IMG/VR virus record: IMGVR_UViG_3300042402_003181
Length of the DNA stretch: 64,000 nucleotides
Source: a virus
Reading direction: 5' to 3' (one strand)
Shown: piece after piece, positions 21,001 through 29,410 of the stretch
Numbering within the stretch: the stretch's first letter is position 1
Layout: each line of letters starts with the position of its first letter
Notes under the pieces: generated by a model
Database searches by the model: none
What the model saw: only the letters and a program-made list of their open reading frames with translations
What the model was told of the DNA's origin: nothing
Translations under genes and position numbers: made by a program

Positions 21001-22190
21001 GACGAGGAGGAGATGGCGGTGTATGGGGAGGCGCAGGCGGCGCAGGCGGCACTGCAATAGCAGTAAACGCGGCAATTACATTTAACAATAATGGAATTAT
21101 TGGCGGTGGCGGTGGCGGTGGCAGCAGTTATTGGGGATGTGGTGGCGGTGGCTGGGGAGGCGGCAACGGCGGATCAACAGCCGACACAAGATCAGGCGGT
21201 GGAGGTGGTGGCGCCGGGGGTGGTGCAGCTGGTACCGGCCCGATGGGCAATGGCACAGCTGGTAGTACAAGTCTTGCAGGTGCAGGTGGTAGCGGTGGAT
21301 ATTCGGGCGCAAGTGGAGGTAGCTCACTTGGTGGAGGTGGCGGTGCCGGGTCAACACAAAGTGCAACAACAGGCGGTGCAGGTGGTGCTAACGGTAATGC
21401 AGGATCAGGTTCCGGTTACGGCGGTGCAGGTGGTGGTTCTGCTGGAGCTTCCGGTGGTATAAATACTGGCAGTGGTGCCGGCGGTGCAGCTGGTGCAGCG
21501 GTTGTTGGTAATTCTTATATTACCTGGGGAACTACTGGCACAAGATACGGAACTCCGTTTAGTGTAGTTATACCTACTCCATTAAACTTAGTTAGTTCAA
21601 ATCGATCGCCATTGTATGGTGCATCAAGCGCCGGTTCATGGCCTCCAAGTGGATGGACATCACAAATAAATAGTAGCCAAGACGATGCTAACTTTGGTCT
21701 TACCCTACCGTTTACTTTTTACTTTAACGGAACTGCATATACTACCGTGTATGTAGGATCAAACGCTTATATAACTTTTGGAAGTGGTTCGAGTAACTAC
21801 TCTGGGTTATCAGCTTCAAATCCAGCAATTGATAAAATCATGATGAATTCAGGTGACAGAAGTTGGCAACGGGTTGCCACTTATTCAACAAGTTCTTATG
21901 TAAGAATTAGATATGAAGGCAGTGCATCTACTTCAGGAACAGTCGGCGCATCAACAGTAATTTACGAATGTACAATATTTAATCCAAGTGTTCAAAGTGG
22001 AAACTCGGTAATTGAATGGATTATAGGATCTAGTAACATTATTAGTAGTACTAATATTGCGGGAATATATTCAAGTTCTGCATTAATAACAGCTTGGAGT
22101 CCGGCTGCAAATACATCATATGTATTTGCAAGTAATTCAACTGGAACAGCTTGGCAAGTGTACAGTGCATACATTAGCGGGTATTATTAA
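18033..22190 (+). CDS. Multi-domain adhesin: three LamG/concanavalin-A-like domains, bacterial Ig-like modules, gp38-like Gly-rich domain, NIDO-like C-terminus
   Basis: Three copies of FTIEFW(V/M)Y...W.HVA.VR...Y.NG...G(Y/F).D(E/D).RITK; VDTTAP and VRQTDLAGN; IAGRGGDGG followed by a poly-Gly region; DDANFGLTLPFTFYFNG. The start is placed at ATG 18033 because AGGA lies at 18021-18024. Confidence 0.8.
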   Translation: MPSLISFGTAAGRAYGLTNKKGSSIGDPYWDNVTIMLHFNGTSGSTVATDTSNNQLTMTNISSLNSINTSTLKFGTGSMYFPGTSNLTNPSTATTLVGLNNNFTIEFWVYLNGTQGAWKGFCGNYLDSSYGSRSCWAIGLDGTGSGLSSSIATSTNGTYQGTSLGTSTYTVSPNTWYHVAFVRSGSTFTQYVNGSSTGSFTYSGSIYDGGSNLEVGSYINGGYRFTGYMDEFRITKGVARYTANFVPQSFEFLDFSTSSTAPVITAIGISSSSGIQNNYMNETDSLIAVVSFNKAVTITGTPRLAANIGGSILYLNYVSISGLNVYFSYGSLPAGYNDSDGISFDANAVSLNGGTIIDIAGNSADLTSLAVAANPSYKVDTTAPTGGSISVDANGLVTVSGLESGATWQFSTNSGSSWTTGTGTTFSLATGSYAIGSVQVRQTDLAGNVQTSGIAYNSSLITVASTYDVTKLSLLMNCDGANGSAIFLDHSLNNVTLSNGGGAPQLSTATYKFGTSSLYVNGSSSRVSAPNNALFNFDSGDLTIEFWMYTPIAWTSQAYSAGILGQKANDSTNGWVLYIDGGYPSKINARLALENNFPTGSTPTQNTWEHWALVRSGTTLKWYKNGVLDATGTSFAAVSDSTGTFYIGHAQTWGGYLNAYLDDIRITKQALYLSNFTPPTSKLLTYPDIYYNNVSLLLVGDGANGVNTFTDLSPTPKAITAAGNAINSTTTYKTGTSSMYFDGTGDYLYVTTANSAFNYDISNFTIEFWVYPQAGPASTYNPTFFTNHGDNDWNSVGTGVRIHHQNVLIGSSQITFSSPITNNVWTHVALVRNDNIITAYKNGASVGSVSYTGSVGANSDRPALATSDSVGSGGREFLQGFIDDLRITKGIARYTSNFTAPGRLGVLRIGASAPLTMTLAGGTNVTINKAWLMTNGWDGNSILSTTITNTADIRSSTTSVAALTFAADLSTLPSGSSITFTNSSGIYIAGRGGDGGVWGGAGGAGGTAIAVNAAITFNNNGIIGGGGGGGSSYWGCGGGGWGGGNGGSTADTRSGGGGGGAGGGAAGTGPMGNGTAGSTSLAGAGGSGGYSGASGGSSLGGGGGAGSTQSATTGGAGGANGNAGSGSGYGGAGGGSAGASGGINTGSGAGGAAGAAVVGNSYITWGTTGTRYGTPFSVVIPTPLNLVSSNRSPLYGASSAGSWPPSGWTSQINSSQDDANFGLTLPFTFYFNGTAYTTVYVGSNAYITFGSGSSNYSGLSASNPAIDKIMMNSGDRSWQRVATYSTSSYVRIRYEGSASTSGTVGASTVIYECTIFNPSVQSGNSVIEWIIGSSNIISSTNIAGIYSSSALITAWSPAANTSYVFASNSTGTAWQVYSAYISGYY

Positions 22191-22239
22191 CTCTAATTTT
22201 TAAACTAAATACTGCATATTAGCAGGAAAAGGAGATCTA

Positions 22240-25200
22240 ATGGCTATAGCAGATTTTGTCGTTAAACACGGAGCAACCGTTAACGAAATTGCAACATTTA
22301 CATCACAAACTGAAGCAACATCTACATCAAATGCAGCACTAATTGTTGCAGGTGGTGTAGGTATTGCAAAAAAACTTATTGTTGCATCAACAATATCCGG
22401 AACACAATTAATTTCAACTATTGCAACTGGTACTGCACCGTTTTCTGTAACGTCAACTACTACAGTTGCTAATTTAACTGCAGCAACCGTTGCAACTAAC
22501 GCAAATTTAACCGGACCAATTACATCGACAGGTAATGCTACTGCTATTGCAAGCCAAACTGGCACTGGTTCTAAATTTGTTATGGACACAAGTCCAACAT
22601 TAGTTACACCTGCGCTAGGAGTTGCAACTGCTACTTCAATTAACGGGTTAACAATTTCATCGTCAACTGGTACTTTAAGTATTGCAAATACCAAAACATT
22701 TGCAGTTAACAATACAATAACATTAGCCGGTACTGACTCTACTACTATTACATTACCAGCCACTACTGGAACAGTTGCACTTAATAATCAAATACATTAT
22801 ATTGGTACAACGTCAATTGCAATTAATAGGGCGTCGTTAGCACAAACATTAACCGGTGTTAGTATTGACGGAAATGCAGCCACTGTTACAACTAATGCAA
22901 ATTTAACTGGTGTTATTACGTCAACTGGTAATGCCACAGTTATTGCAAGCCAAACTGGTACTGGTTCTAAATTTGTAGTTGATACAAGTCCAACATTAGT
23001 AACTCCAATATTAGGCGTAGCAACTGCAACATCTATCAATAAAGTAGCAATTAGCACAATTGGTACTACTAATAATGCATCTATTGTAATAGGTGATACA
23101 AAAACTCTTACAGTTAACAATACATTAACTTTTAATGGAACGGATGCATCATCTGTAGCATTTGGCACAGGTGGCACAGTAGTTTATGCATCTAGCGGGC
23201 TGAGTCAATTTACATCAGCATCTACTACATCTGCTCAATTAGCAACTGTTATATCAGATGAAACCGGATCTGGATTATTAGTATTTGGTACTAGCCCAAA
23301 CATCATTACTTCGTTAACTACTACTTCAACTAGTTTTGATTTAATTAACGCTAATGCAACGACTGTAAATTTTGCTAAAGCGGCTACTGTATTAAGTATA
23401 GGAGCAACGACTGGCACTACTACAATTAACAATGATCTAACGGTATCAGGTGCATTAACTGTAAACGGAACAATTACTACTGTAAATTCAACTACAGTAA
23501 CCGTTGACGACAAGAACCTTGAATTAGGATCAGTTACTACACCAACTGATGTAACTGCAGACGGCGGCGGTATTACATTAAAAGCAGCTGCTGATAAAAC
23601 ATTCCAATGGGCATCTGCATCAAATACATGGGTAAGTAATATTGGGTTAACTGCAGCAACATCATTAGTATCATCGTCTGCATCATTTAACTTAATTAAT
23701 ACTACTGCAACTACTATAAACTTTGCAGGAGCAGCTACTACGTTAGCTATTGGTGTAGCTGGTACTGCTACTACGTTAAATGGATCAGTAAATTTACCAA
23801 ATGTTGGCACTTCTGGTTTTGTAAAATTAGGCGCAAGTGGTGCGTTAAGTGCTGATACAAATTCATATGCACTAACTAATCAAACAATGTATATTGGTAC
23901 TACTGCAATTAATATTAATAGAGCGTCAGGTGCATTAACGTTAACAGGCATAACAAGTATTGACGGAGCACTTGCAAGTCAAGGTGCAGTGGCAAATAAT
24001 ACAACTGGAACAGGATTAGCTCCAGGATTAAGTCACGCGCAAGTTTATAATAATGGATATCCTACAAGTTACGGTAACGTAATGACAATGTACGGCACAG
24101 GCGCATCTCAATTATTATTAGGGTGGTCTGGGACAACTGGTGCAACTGCTGACAACTATATAAGATCATTACGTGATTCAGCAGTAGGAACTAATGGTTG
24201 GTCAACATGGGATAAGATATTAACAAGTGCAAACTATAATACGTATTCTCCAACATTAACTGGTACTGGTGCAAGCGGAAATTGGGGTATTAATATTACT
24301 GGTACTGCTACTGGATTATCGTCATCACCAACAGTAACTGGAACGTTAACATTAGATTACGCACAAGCTGTTGGAACAGGAGCAATTGGACAATACGATG
24401 CAGTATACGGTTCAAGCACATCTTGGTATAATGCTGGGTTTAGAAATGATGGCGGAAACGTTTACTTATTAAGTTCAAATGTTCAAACTACACAGGCATT
24501 AGCTAAAGCTGCATCTTGGAATACATATAGACCACTGTCGTGGAATTTAAGTACTGGCATATTATCGTTATGTGCTTCGGGACAATCTATTAATATTGCA
24601 GGAGGTACAGGTAGTTCTCAAGTAAACATTGCATCGTCAAATGCATACGGCGGCGCTGGATATGCTGGGTTCTTTACTCTAACTAATACTAATGCCGGTG
24701 CTACTAATACTAACAAATATATTCGCACTAATATAGCAGGCGGACTTGAAGTAATTAACAATGCATATAACGCAGTAATTTTTGCAATATCCGATGCTGG
24801 AAATGTAAATATTTCTGGATCATTTAATGGTAGCGGCGCCGGTATATCAACTAATACTATTCCAGTTGCGTCAATTTCTGCCACCGGCACTAAAGATTCA
24901 ACTACATACTTAGCAGGTGATGGAACTTGGAAATCGACGTTACTTGAACCAACATACACTCCTTCTATTACAGGTAGTGGTGCAATTACATTAACTATAG
25001 ACTTTGCAACAGTGAACTCAACTACTATTTTAATTCCGTTACCAACAGGCATTACAGGAGCTACTATTACATTTACTAATTTAAGCAGTAAAGCAATATC
25101 AAATACTGTATTTTCATATAATGTAGTGTTGTCGCATGTTTCTGCATTATCCGCAACAACATCAATTGTTTGGAAATTTGGATCAGCTCTTAATCCAAAA

Positions 25201-25329
25201 TGGACTGGGAATATTATACCTCCAAGTACTGTTACTGCAGGTGCTATTGACATATGGTCGTTCTTTACATATGATGCAGGTGCAAGTTTAGTTGGCAGTC
25301 TATCAATGGCTGACGTTAGAAATGCATAA
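22240..25329 (+). CDS. Tail fibre-like protein (1,029 aa)
   Basis: AAGGAG RBS; shared shaft cassettes, one present twice; fibre domain GYPTSYGNVMTM...YIRSLRD...WSTWDKIL; C-terminal domain ending PKWTGNIIPPSTVTAGAIDIWSFFTYD. Confidence 0.8.
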   Translation: MAIADFVVKHGATVNEIATFTSQTEATSTSNAALIVAGGVGIAKKLIVASTISGTQLISTIATGTAPFSVTSTTTVANLTAATVATNANLTGPITSTGNATAIASQTGTGSKFVMDTSPTLVTPALGVATATSINGLTISSSTGTLSIANTKTFAVNNTITLAGTDSTTITLPATTGTVALNNQIHYIGTTSIAINRASLAQTLTGVSIDGNAATVTTNANLTGVITSTGNATVIASQTGTGSKFVVDTSPTLVTPILGVATATSINKVAISTIGTTNNASIVIGDTKTLTVNNTLTFNGTDASSVAFGTGGTVVYASSGLSQFTSASTTSAQLATVISDETGSGLLVFGTSPNIITSLTTTSTSFDLINANATTVNFAKAATVLSIGATTGTTTINNDLTVSGALTVNGTITTVNSTTVTVDDKNLELGSVTTPTDVTADGGGITLKAAADKTFQWASASNTWVSNIGLTAATSLVSSSASFNLINTTATTINFAGAATTLAIGVAGTATTLNGSVNLPNVGTSGFVKLGASGALSADTNSYALTNQTMYIGTTAININRASGALTLTGITSIDGALASQGAVANNTTGTGLAPGLSHAQVYNNGYPTSYGNVMTMYGTGASQLLLGWSGTTGATADNYIRSLRDSAVGTNGWSTWDKILTSANYNTYSPTLTGTGASGNWGINITGTATGLSSSPTVTGTLTLDYAQAVGTGAIGQYDAVYGSSTSWYNAGFRNDGGNVYLLSSNVQTTQALAKAASWNTYRPLSWNLSTGILSLCASGQSINIAGGTGSSQVNIASSNAYGGAGYAGFFTLTNTNAGATNTNKYIRTNIAGGLEVINNAYNAVIFAISDAGNVNISGSFNGSGAGISTNTIPVASISATGTKDSTTYLAGDGTWKSTLLEPTYTPSITGSGAITLTIDFATVNSTTILIPLPTGITGATITFTNLSSKAISNTVFSYNVVLSHVSALSATTSIVWKFGSALNPKWTGNIIPPSTVTAGAIDIWSFFTYDAGASLVGSLSMADVRNA

Positions 25330-25338
25330 GGATTAGTA

Positions 25339-26877
25339 ATGTTTTCAAGATTAATTAAAAAAGTATTTACAGAAACTACAAACATTTCCGATATTACACC
25401 TGTTACATTTAATGCAACCGGTAATTATAATCCAAGATACGGAAAGTCTCGCCAATACGTAAGTGGAAAAGGAGCCGCCGGTTCGTATATAGCCGGCACT
25501 GCAAATTATAATGTAGTTGCTGGGACTGCAAATTATACAACAGTTACTGGTACTGCAAATTACACAACAGTTACTGGGAATGCAAATTATAATACTGTTA
25601 ATGGATTTGATGTTTATTATACTGCTACTGGGAATGCAGAATATTATAATACTGGAGGCAATGCAATTTATAGCACAGTTACTGGGACTGCAAATTACTA
25701 TGCGCCGACTGCAGTTGCTGCAACAAGTAACTCTACCGCTAATTATACTAATAACTCTGGTGGGACTATTTACGGTAGTTATGTTAATGAAACTAGTTTT
25801 TCATCAAACAATTACTCAACATACGGTCAAGGTCCAGTTAATGCAGGATCGGCGTATAGTGCAGGATATAATACATGGTATCGTACAACTACGTATCAGT
25901 ACTATAGTGCAATTGCATTTAGCCCAGGTAATAATGCAAATTATAATGCATCTAATCTAAATGCAACAACCTATAATGCATCTAATCTAAATGCAACAAC
26001 CTATAATGCTGCAACTCCCGGTACTATTGGATATATGTCGTACGTTGCCCAAGGATGGAATGTAAATTATGCAAAAGGTGCACCAAACACATATTTCAAT
26101 ACAACGCTGTATAGGACAGTAGGTGTAAATTATTATTATACATTGTATTATGCATTGTACACAACACCATTACCTTCACCATCATATATTTACAGCGGCG
26201 CATATACTGAAAATCAAGGACCGGTACCTAAGGCAAGTGCGCTACCGGCTAACTATGCAAATACAAATTATTACTCTCTTACTGCGGTTGACGGAGTTAT
26301 ACCTATACAATCTATACCAGGAACTTATAATACACAAAATGCAATTCCAGGAACTTATAATACACAAACTGTTGCAAGCTATAATACCCCAAATGCGTAT
26401 TCAGCATTTAGAATTTGGTATAATGTTCAATATTTAACTGTATACGACAGTAATGCGTTTACTCAACTTGGAAATGTGTCTGGTAATAATAATCCAAGTT
26501 TTCCGCATAATGGTAATAACGCAATAACTCCAGTGCTTTGGTATTATAATACAAACTATCCATACTGGTATACTAATAATACAAATTATCCGTATGCAAA
26601 TACTAATGCAACAAATTATCCGTATGCAAATACTAATGCAACAAATTATCCGTATGCAAATACTAATGCAACAAATTATCCGTATGCAAATACTAATGCA
26701 AATATTACAAATACCGGCGGTTCGTCTAGCGTACTTGGAATAACATTACCTGGCGGATACGGTGGGCCAAGTACAGTAGTACCTGCTACATTAGCATCAT
26801 CTATACCAAAATACGGAACTACAACACCAGTAACTGTACCCTCCGGTGGGTATGTTACAATTACATTTACACTATGA
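25339..26877 (+). CDS. Tyr/Asn/Thr-rich tandem-repeat protein on a Gly-rich-adhesin-type scaffold (512 aa)
   Basis: N-terminal VTFNATGNY...VSGKGAAG and C-terminal LPGGYGG...VPSGGYVTITF flank several in-frame tandem repeats. Confidence 0.75.
   Translation: MFSRLIKKVFTETTNISDITPVTFNATGNYNPRYGKSRQYVSGKGAAGSYIAGTANYNVVAGTANYTTVTGTANYTTVTGNANYNTVNGFDVYYTATGNAEYYNTGGNAIYSTVTGTANYYAPTAVAATSNSTANYTNNSGGTIYGSYVNETSFSSNNYSTYGQGPVNAGSAYSAGYNTWYRTTTYQYYSAIAFSPGNNANYNASNLNATTYNASNLNATTYNAATPGTIGYMSYVAQGWNVNYAKGAPNTYFNTTLYRTVGVNYYYTLYYALYTTPLPSPSYIYSGAYTENQGPVPKASALPANYANTNYYSLTAVDGVIPIQSIPGTYNTQNAIPGTYNTQTVASYNTPNAYSAFRIWYNVQYLTVYDSNAFTQLGNVSGNNNPSFPHNGNNAITPVLWYYNTNYPYWYTNNTNYPYANTNATNYPYANTNATNYPYANTNATNYPYANTNANITNTGGSSSVLGITLPGGYGGPSTVVPATLASSIPKYGTTTPVTVPSGGYVTITFTL
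25498..25605 (+). repeat. 27-bp (9-aa) tandem repeat, 4 degenerate copies
   Basis: Units start at 25498, 25525, 25552 and 25579 and encode (T/N)ANY(N/T)xVx(G). Confidence 0.85.
25942..26009 (+). repeat. 30-bp perfect tandem repeat, 2 copies plus a partial copy
   Basis: TATAATGCATCTAATCTAAATGCAACAACC x2 encodes YNASNLNATT. Confidence 0.9.
26317..26368 (+). repeat. Direct repeat with 30-bp period
   Basis: CCAGGAACTTATAATACACAAA occurs at 26317 and 26347 (PGTYNTQ). Confidence 0.85.
26551..26700 (+). repeat. 30-bp tandem repeat: 4 perfect copies plus 1 degenerate copy
   Basis: ACAAATTATCCGTATGCAAATACTAATGCA x4 at 26581-26700 (TNYPYANTNA); degenerate copy at 26551-26580. Confidence 0.95.
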
Positions 26878-26886
26878 GAACCTAAT

Positions 26887-27483
26887 ATGTTTACAATACC
26901 AGATATCCATTCTGCGTTAGAACCATGCGTTTGCTGGTCAGGCGCATTTTCAGAAGAAGAACTTGATGCAATCATCGAACTAGGTGATGCTCAAGAATTT
27001 CATCAAGGCAAGACAGGCTCAGGCGACGGCATAGACGATATAGCTGTTCGAAACAGCAATATATCGTGGATACAGCCGGCGGAAGATACTGCTTGGTTGT
27101 TTAATAAAATGGTTGAAGTAGTTGCAAGAATGAATACCGATAAGTATCAATTTGATTTAACATCAATCGACGAGTTTCAATATACTACTTATACTACCGG
27201 AGGGTTTTATTCGTGGCACATTGACGGCATGGCAGAAGATACGTTTGGACCTAGACATAGAAAACTTGGTATTATTTTAGTGTTATCTGACCCTACTACT
27301 GAATTTGCAGGAGGTGAATTCCAGATTATCCCAGACGGCAATCCCGAACATGTAAATACAATAGAAATTAAGAAAGGAGATGTATTAGCATTTCCTGCAT
27401 TTGTTCCTCATCAAGTTGCAGAAGTTACTTCAGGTAAACGCAGAAGTTTAGTATGCTGGGTGCTTGGGCCAAAATTTAAATAA
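26887..27483 (+). CDS. 2OG-Fe(II) oxygenase (prolyl-4-hydroxylase/PKHD-like)
   Basis: HxD motif (WHID), GGEF, distal His (PHQV) and the 2OG-binding Arg (GKRRSLVCW). Confidence 0.9.
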   Translation: MFTIPDIHSALEPCVCWSGAFSEEELDAIIELGDAQEFHQGKTGSGDGIDDIAVRNSNISWIQPAEDTAWLFNKMVEVVARMNTDKYQFDLTSIDEFQYTTYTTGGFYSWHIDGMAEDTFGPRHRKLGIILVLSDPTTEFAGGEFQIIPDGNPEHVNTIEIKKGDVLAFPAFVPHQVAEVTSGKRRSLVCWVLGPKFK

Positions 27484-27494
27484 TCAAAGGATTT

Positions 27495-28214
27495 ATGTCA
27501 TTATTATCATTTTTTAAAGATCCTCTTATAGAGTTTTTAACTACCGAAGAATATTACGATATTCTAATACCCCCTGCACCTGCAAATAAATTTATACCTG
27601 ATTGGTATAAAGTAATTCCATCCCACAGCAAGAAAAATAGAGATGCAAAAGGTGGATTTGCAATGACTGCAAAGAAATGTTTACCAATGATTGATGCAAT
27701 GACTCACGGCTATATTATTCCGCTAGCAGGTGATGTACATATACGAACAAACGATGATGCAACTAGAATTGATATTACTGAAAACCATTATGTTAAACTT
27801 ACAGATGAACACAGCGAAGAACAAGTAGGACCGCAGTTCCCGTTTCCAGGTAGGCATTTAGTTAAATTTATAAATCATTTTGTTATAAAAACTCCTCCTG
27901 GCTATTCGTGTTTGTTTGTAGCACCAATTAATCATTTAGAAACTAGATTTCATACATTAGGTGCAGTTGTTGATACTGACAAATACGACAGAGAAATAAA
28001 TTTTCCAACATGCTGGTTAGCAGCTAATTATGACGATATATTACCTGCCGGTACACCTATTATACAATGCATTCCTTTTAAACGTAGTACAAGTATTAAT
28101 GAATGTGACGTTCGTCCATTTACAGATACAGAATTTAAAAAACGAGAAATTACTAGATTAAAACAAGACAATCAAAATAGTTATTATGTAAATAATCTTC
28201 GAGTAAAAAAATAA
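27495..28214 (+). CDS. Conserved hypothetical protein, paralog 1 (DUF6065-like beta protein)
   Basis: P(D)WYK...KCLPMIDAMTHGYIIPL...KTPPGYSCLF...GTPIIQCIPFKR; clearly paralogous to the next gene. The family name is from memory. Confidence 0.65.
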   Translation: MSLLSFFKDPLIEFLTTEEYYDILIPPAPANKFIPDWYKVIPSHSKKNRDAKGGFAMTAKKCLPMIDAMTHGYIIPLAGDVHIRTNDDATRIDITENHYVKLTDEHSEEQVGPQFPFPGRHLVKFINHFVIKTPPGYSCLFVAPINHLETRFHTLGAVVDTDKYDREINFPTCWLAANYDDILPAGTPIIQCIPFKRSTSINECDVRPFTDTEFKKREITRLKQDNQNSYYVNNLRVKK

Positions 28215-28966
28215 TGTCGGTATTTTCAAAAATTAAATCATCAGTATCTGAAATGTTTAGTCCACAACCAATAATTAGGTTTAAGTGTTGTATTCCGGGA
28301 TATGAAATTGGACAACCAGTGAAACGTGCAATGGATGTAAAACCAGACTGGATGATCAAACAATTAAAAGACTCCGAAAAAAATAATACCCCTAAATTTT
28401 CGTCATGTCCGGGTATGCACGACTATTATAGAACAGGATATATTATTCCTGCATGGGAAGATTTTGAAATTGTAGTAAATGATAAAACTGCAAATATTAA
28501 AATTGGCATAACTGATCAAATAAGTTGTGCTCCTTTTGAAAGAATGGGATATAGTGTTCTTGCAGGCGCTGCTAATATTGATGAGAATATTAAACCACAT
28601 GCCCTAAAATTACCGTGCCCGTGGAAAGTATTTACTAAACCGGGATATTCTGCATTTGTTATGCCTGCGTTATATCATTCTCCATTTTTAAGAGATTTAT
28701 TTTTATATCCGGGAATAAACGATTATGATCATTACCATACAATTAATGTTATGTTTTCACCATTAAGAGAAATGCGTGTTAAAATATATGCAGGTACTCC
28801 AATGTTGCATGTTATTCCGTACAAACGAGAAGACATTACAGCCGAAGTTGGATTAATAAATCAGAAAGAGGCCGGGTTAGCTAACTTTACTTACCGAACA
28901 AAATCTCCCGGCTTTTATAGAAAATGGTTACACCAAAAGAAAACAACTGATATAACTTACCTTTAA
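28214..28966 (+). CDS. Conserved hypothetical protein, paralog 2 (DUF6065-like beta protein)
   Basis: PDWMIK...SCPGMHDYYRTGYIIPAW...FTKPGYSAF...GTPMLHVIPYKRE; its start overlaps the previous stop (TAATG). Confidence 0.65.
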   Translation: MSVFSKIKSSVSEMFSPQPIIRFKCCIPGYEIGQPVKRAMDVKPDWMIKQLKDSEKNNTPKFSSCPGMHDYYRTGYIIPAWEDFEIVVNDKTANIKIGITDQISCAPFERMGYSVLAGAANIDENIKPHALKLPCPWKVFTKPGYSAFVMPALYHSPFLRDLFLYPGINDYDHYHTINVMFSPLREMRVKIYAGTPMLHVIPYKREDITAEVGLINQKEAGLANFTYRTKSPGFYRKWLHQKKTTDITYL

Positions 28967-28991
28967 TCTTATAACCATACCTGACTAATTG

Positions 28992-28999
28992 TATAAATA
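28992..28999 (+). promoter_or_regulatory. T4 late promoter consensus (TATAAATA)
   Basis: Exact match in the intergenic gap before the 29067 gene. Confidence 0.7.
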
Positions 29000-29066
29000 C
29001 TACAATATAGTTGGGTATCGGTCAAATTTGCAGATTGTATCAACCAACTCACAATCGGATAATATA

Positions 29067-29399
29067 ATGGCAACACTCTTAAAAAATAAACTTCTTGCTA
29101 ATATTGGTGCTACAGAAGCACTAATACTTACAACCGATTCTACCACAAGGGTTACGGTAATTGGATTAAGTTTAACAAATATTACTGATGCTATGGTTCT
29201 TGCATCTGTTCGTATTCTTGATACTACTACTTTAGATACTGCATACTACATAAAAAATGTAATTATACCACCTCATCAAAGTTTACGAGTTGTAAATGGA
29301 GGTGAGAAATTAGTGTTAAGTCAAGGTATGAGCGTGTACGTACAAACAAATACAGAATTAAGCATAGATCTCGTAATGAGCTATGTTGAACTTACATAA
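29067..29399 (+). CDS. Small virion structural protein (110 aa)
   Basis: ATG 29067 (MATLLKNK...) is preferred over the upstream alternative start that overlaps the promoter. It resembles the 43114 protein. Confidence 0.7.
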   Translation: MATLLKNKLLANIGATEALILTTDSTTRVTVIGLSLTNITDAMVLASVRILDTTTLDTAYYIKNVIIPPHQSLRVVNGGEKLVLSQGMSVYVQTNTELSIDLVMSYVELT

Positions 29400-29410
29400 G
29401 GGAATAAACT

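Noticed and set aside
21000-21520. High-GC patches here and at 53040-53640 as foreign islands
   Set aside because: They are explained by in-frame poly-Gly/Ala codons within the adhesin genes.
3246-25385. Many long antisense ORFs rich in Val, Pro and Ala opposite the fibre genes
   Set aside because: They are shadows of Thr/Gly/Ala-rich sense codons; they lack RBSs and family motifs and lie entirely within well-supported genes.
26551-26700. 30-bp repeats as a possible CRISPR array
   Set aside because: The repeats are head-to-tail with no unique spacers, are in frame within a CDS, and no cas genes are present.
25339-26877. About 20 N-x-S/T sequons as evidence of N-glycosylation
   Set aside because: This is roughly what the high Asn and Ser/Thr content would give by chance, and no oligosaccharyltransferase is seen.
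28989-29066. ORF-track upstream starts at 28989, 18015 and 50219
   Set aside because: The extensions overlap a promoter or the upstream gene; the downstream ATGs at 29067, 18033 and 50174 have a better RBS or coupling context.
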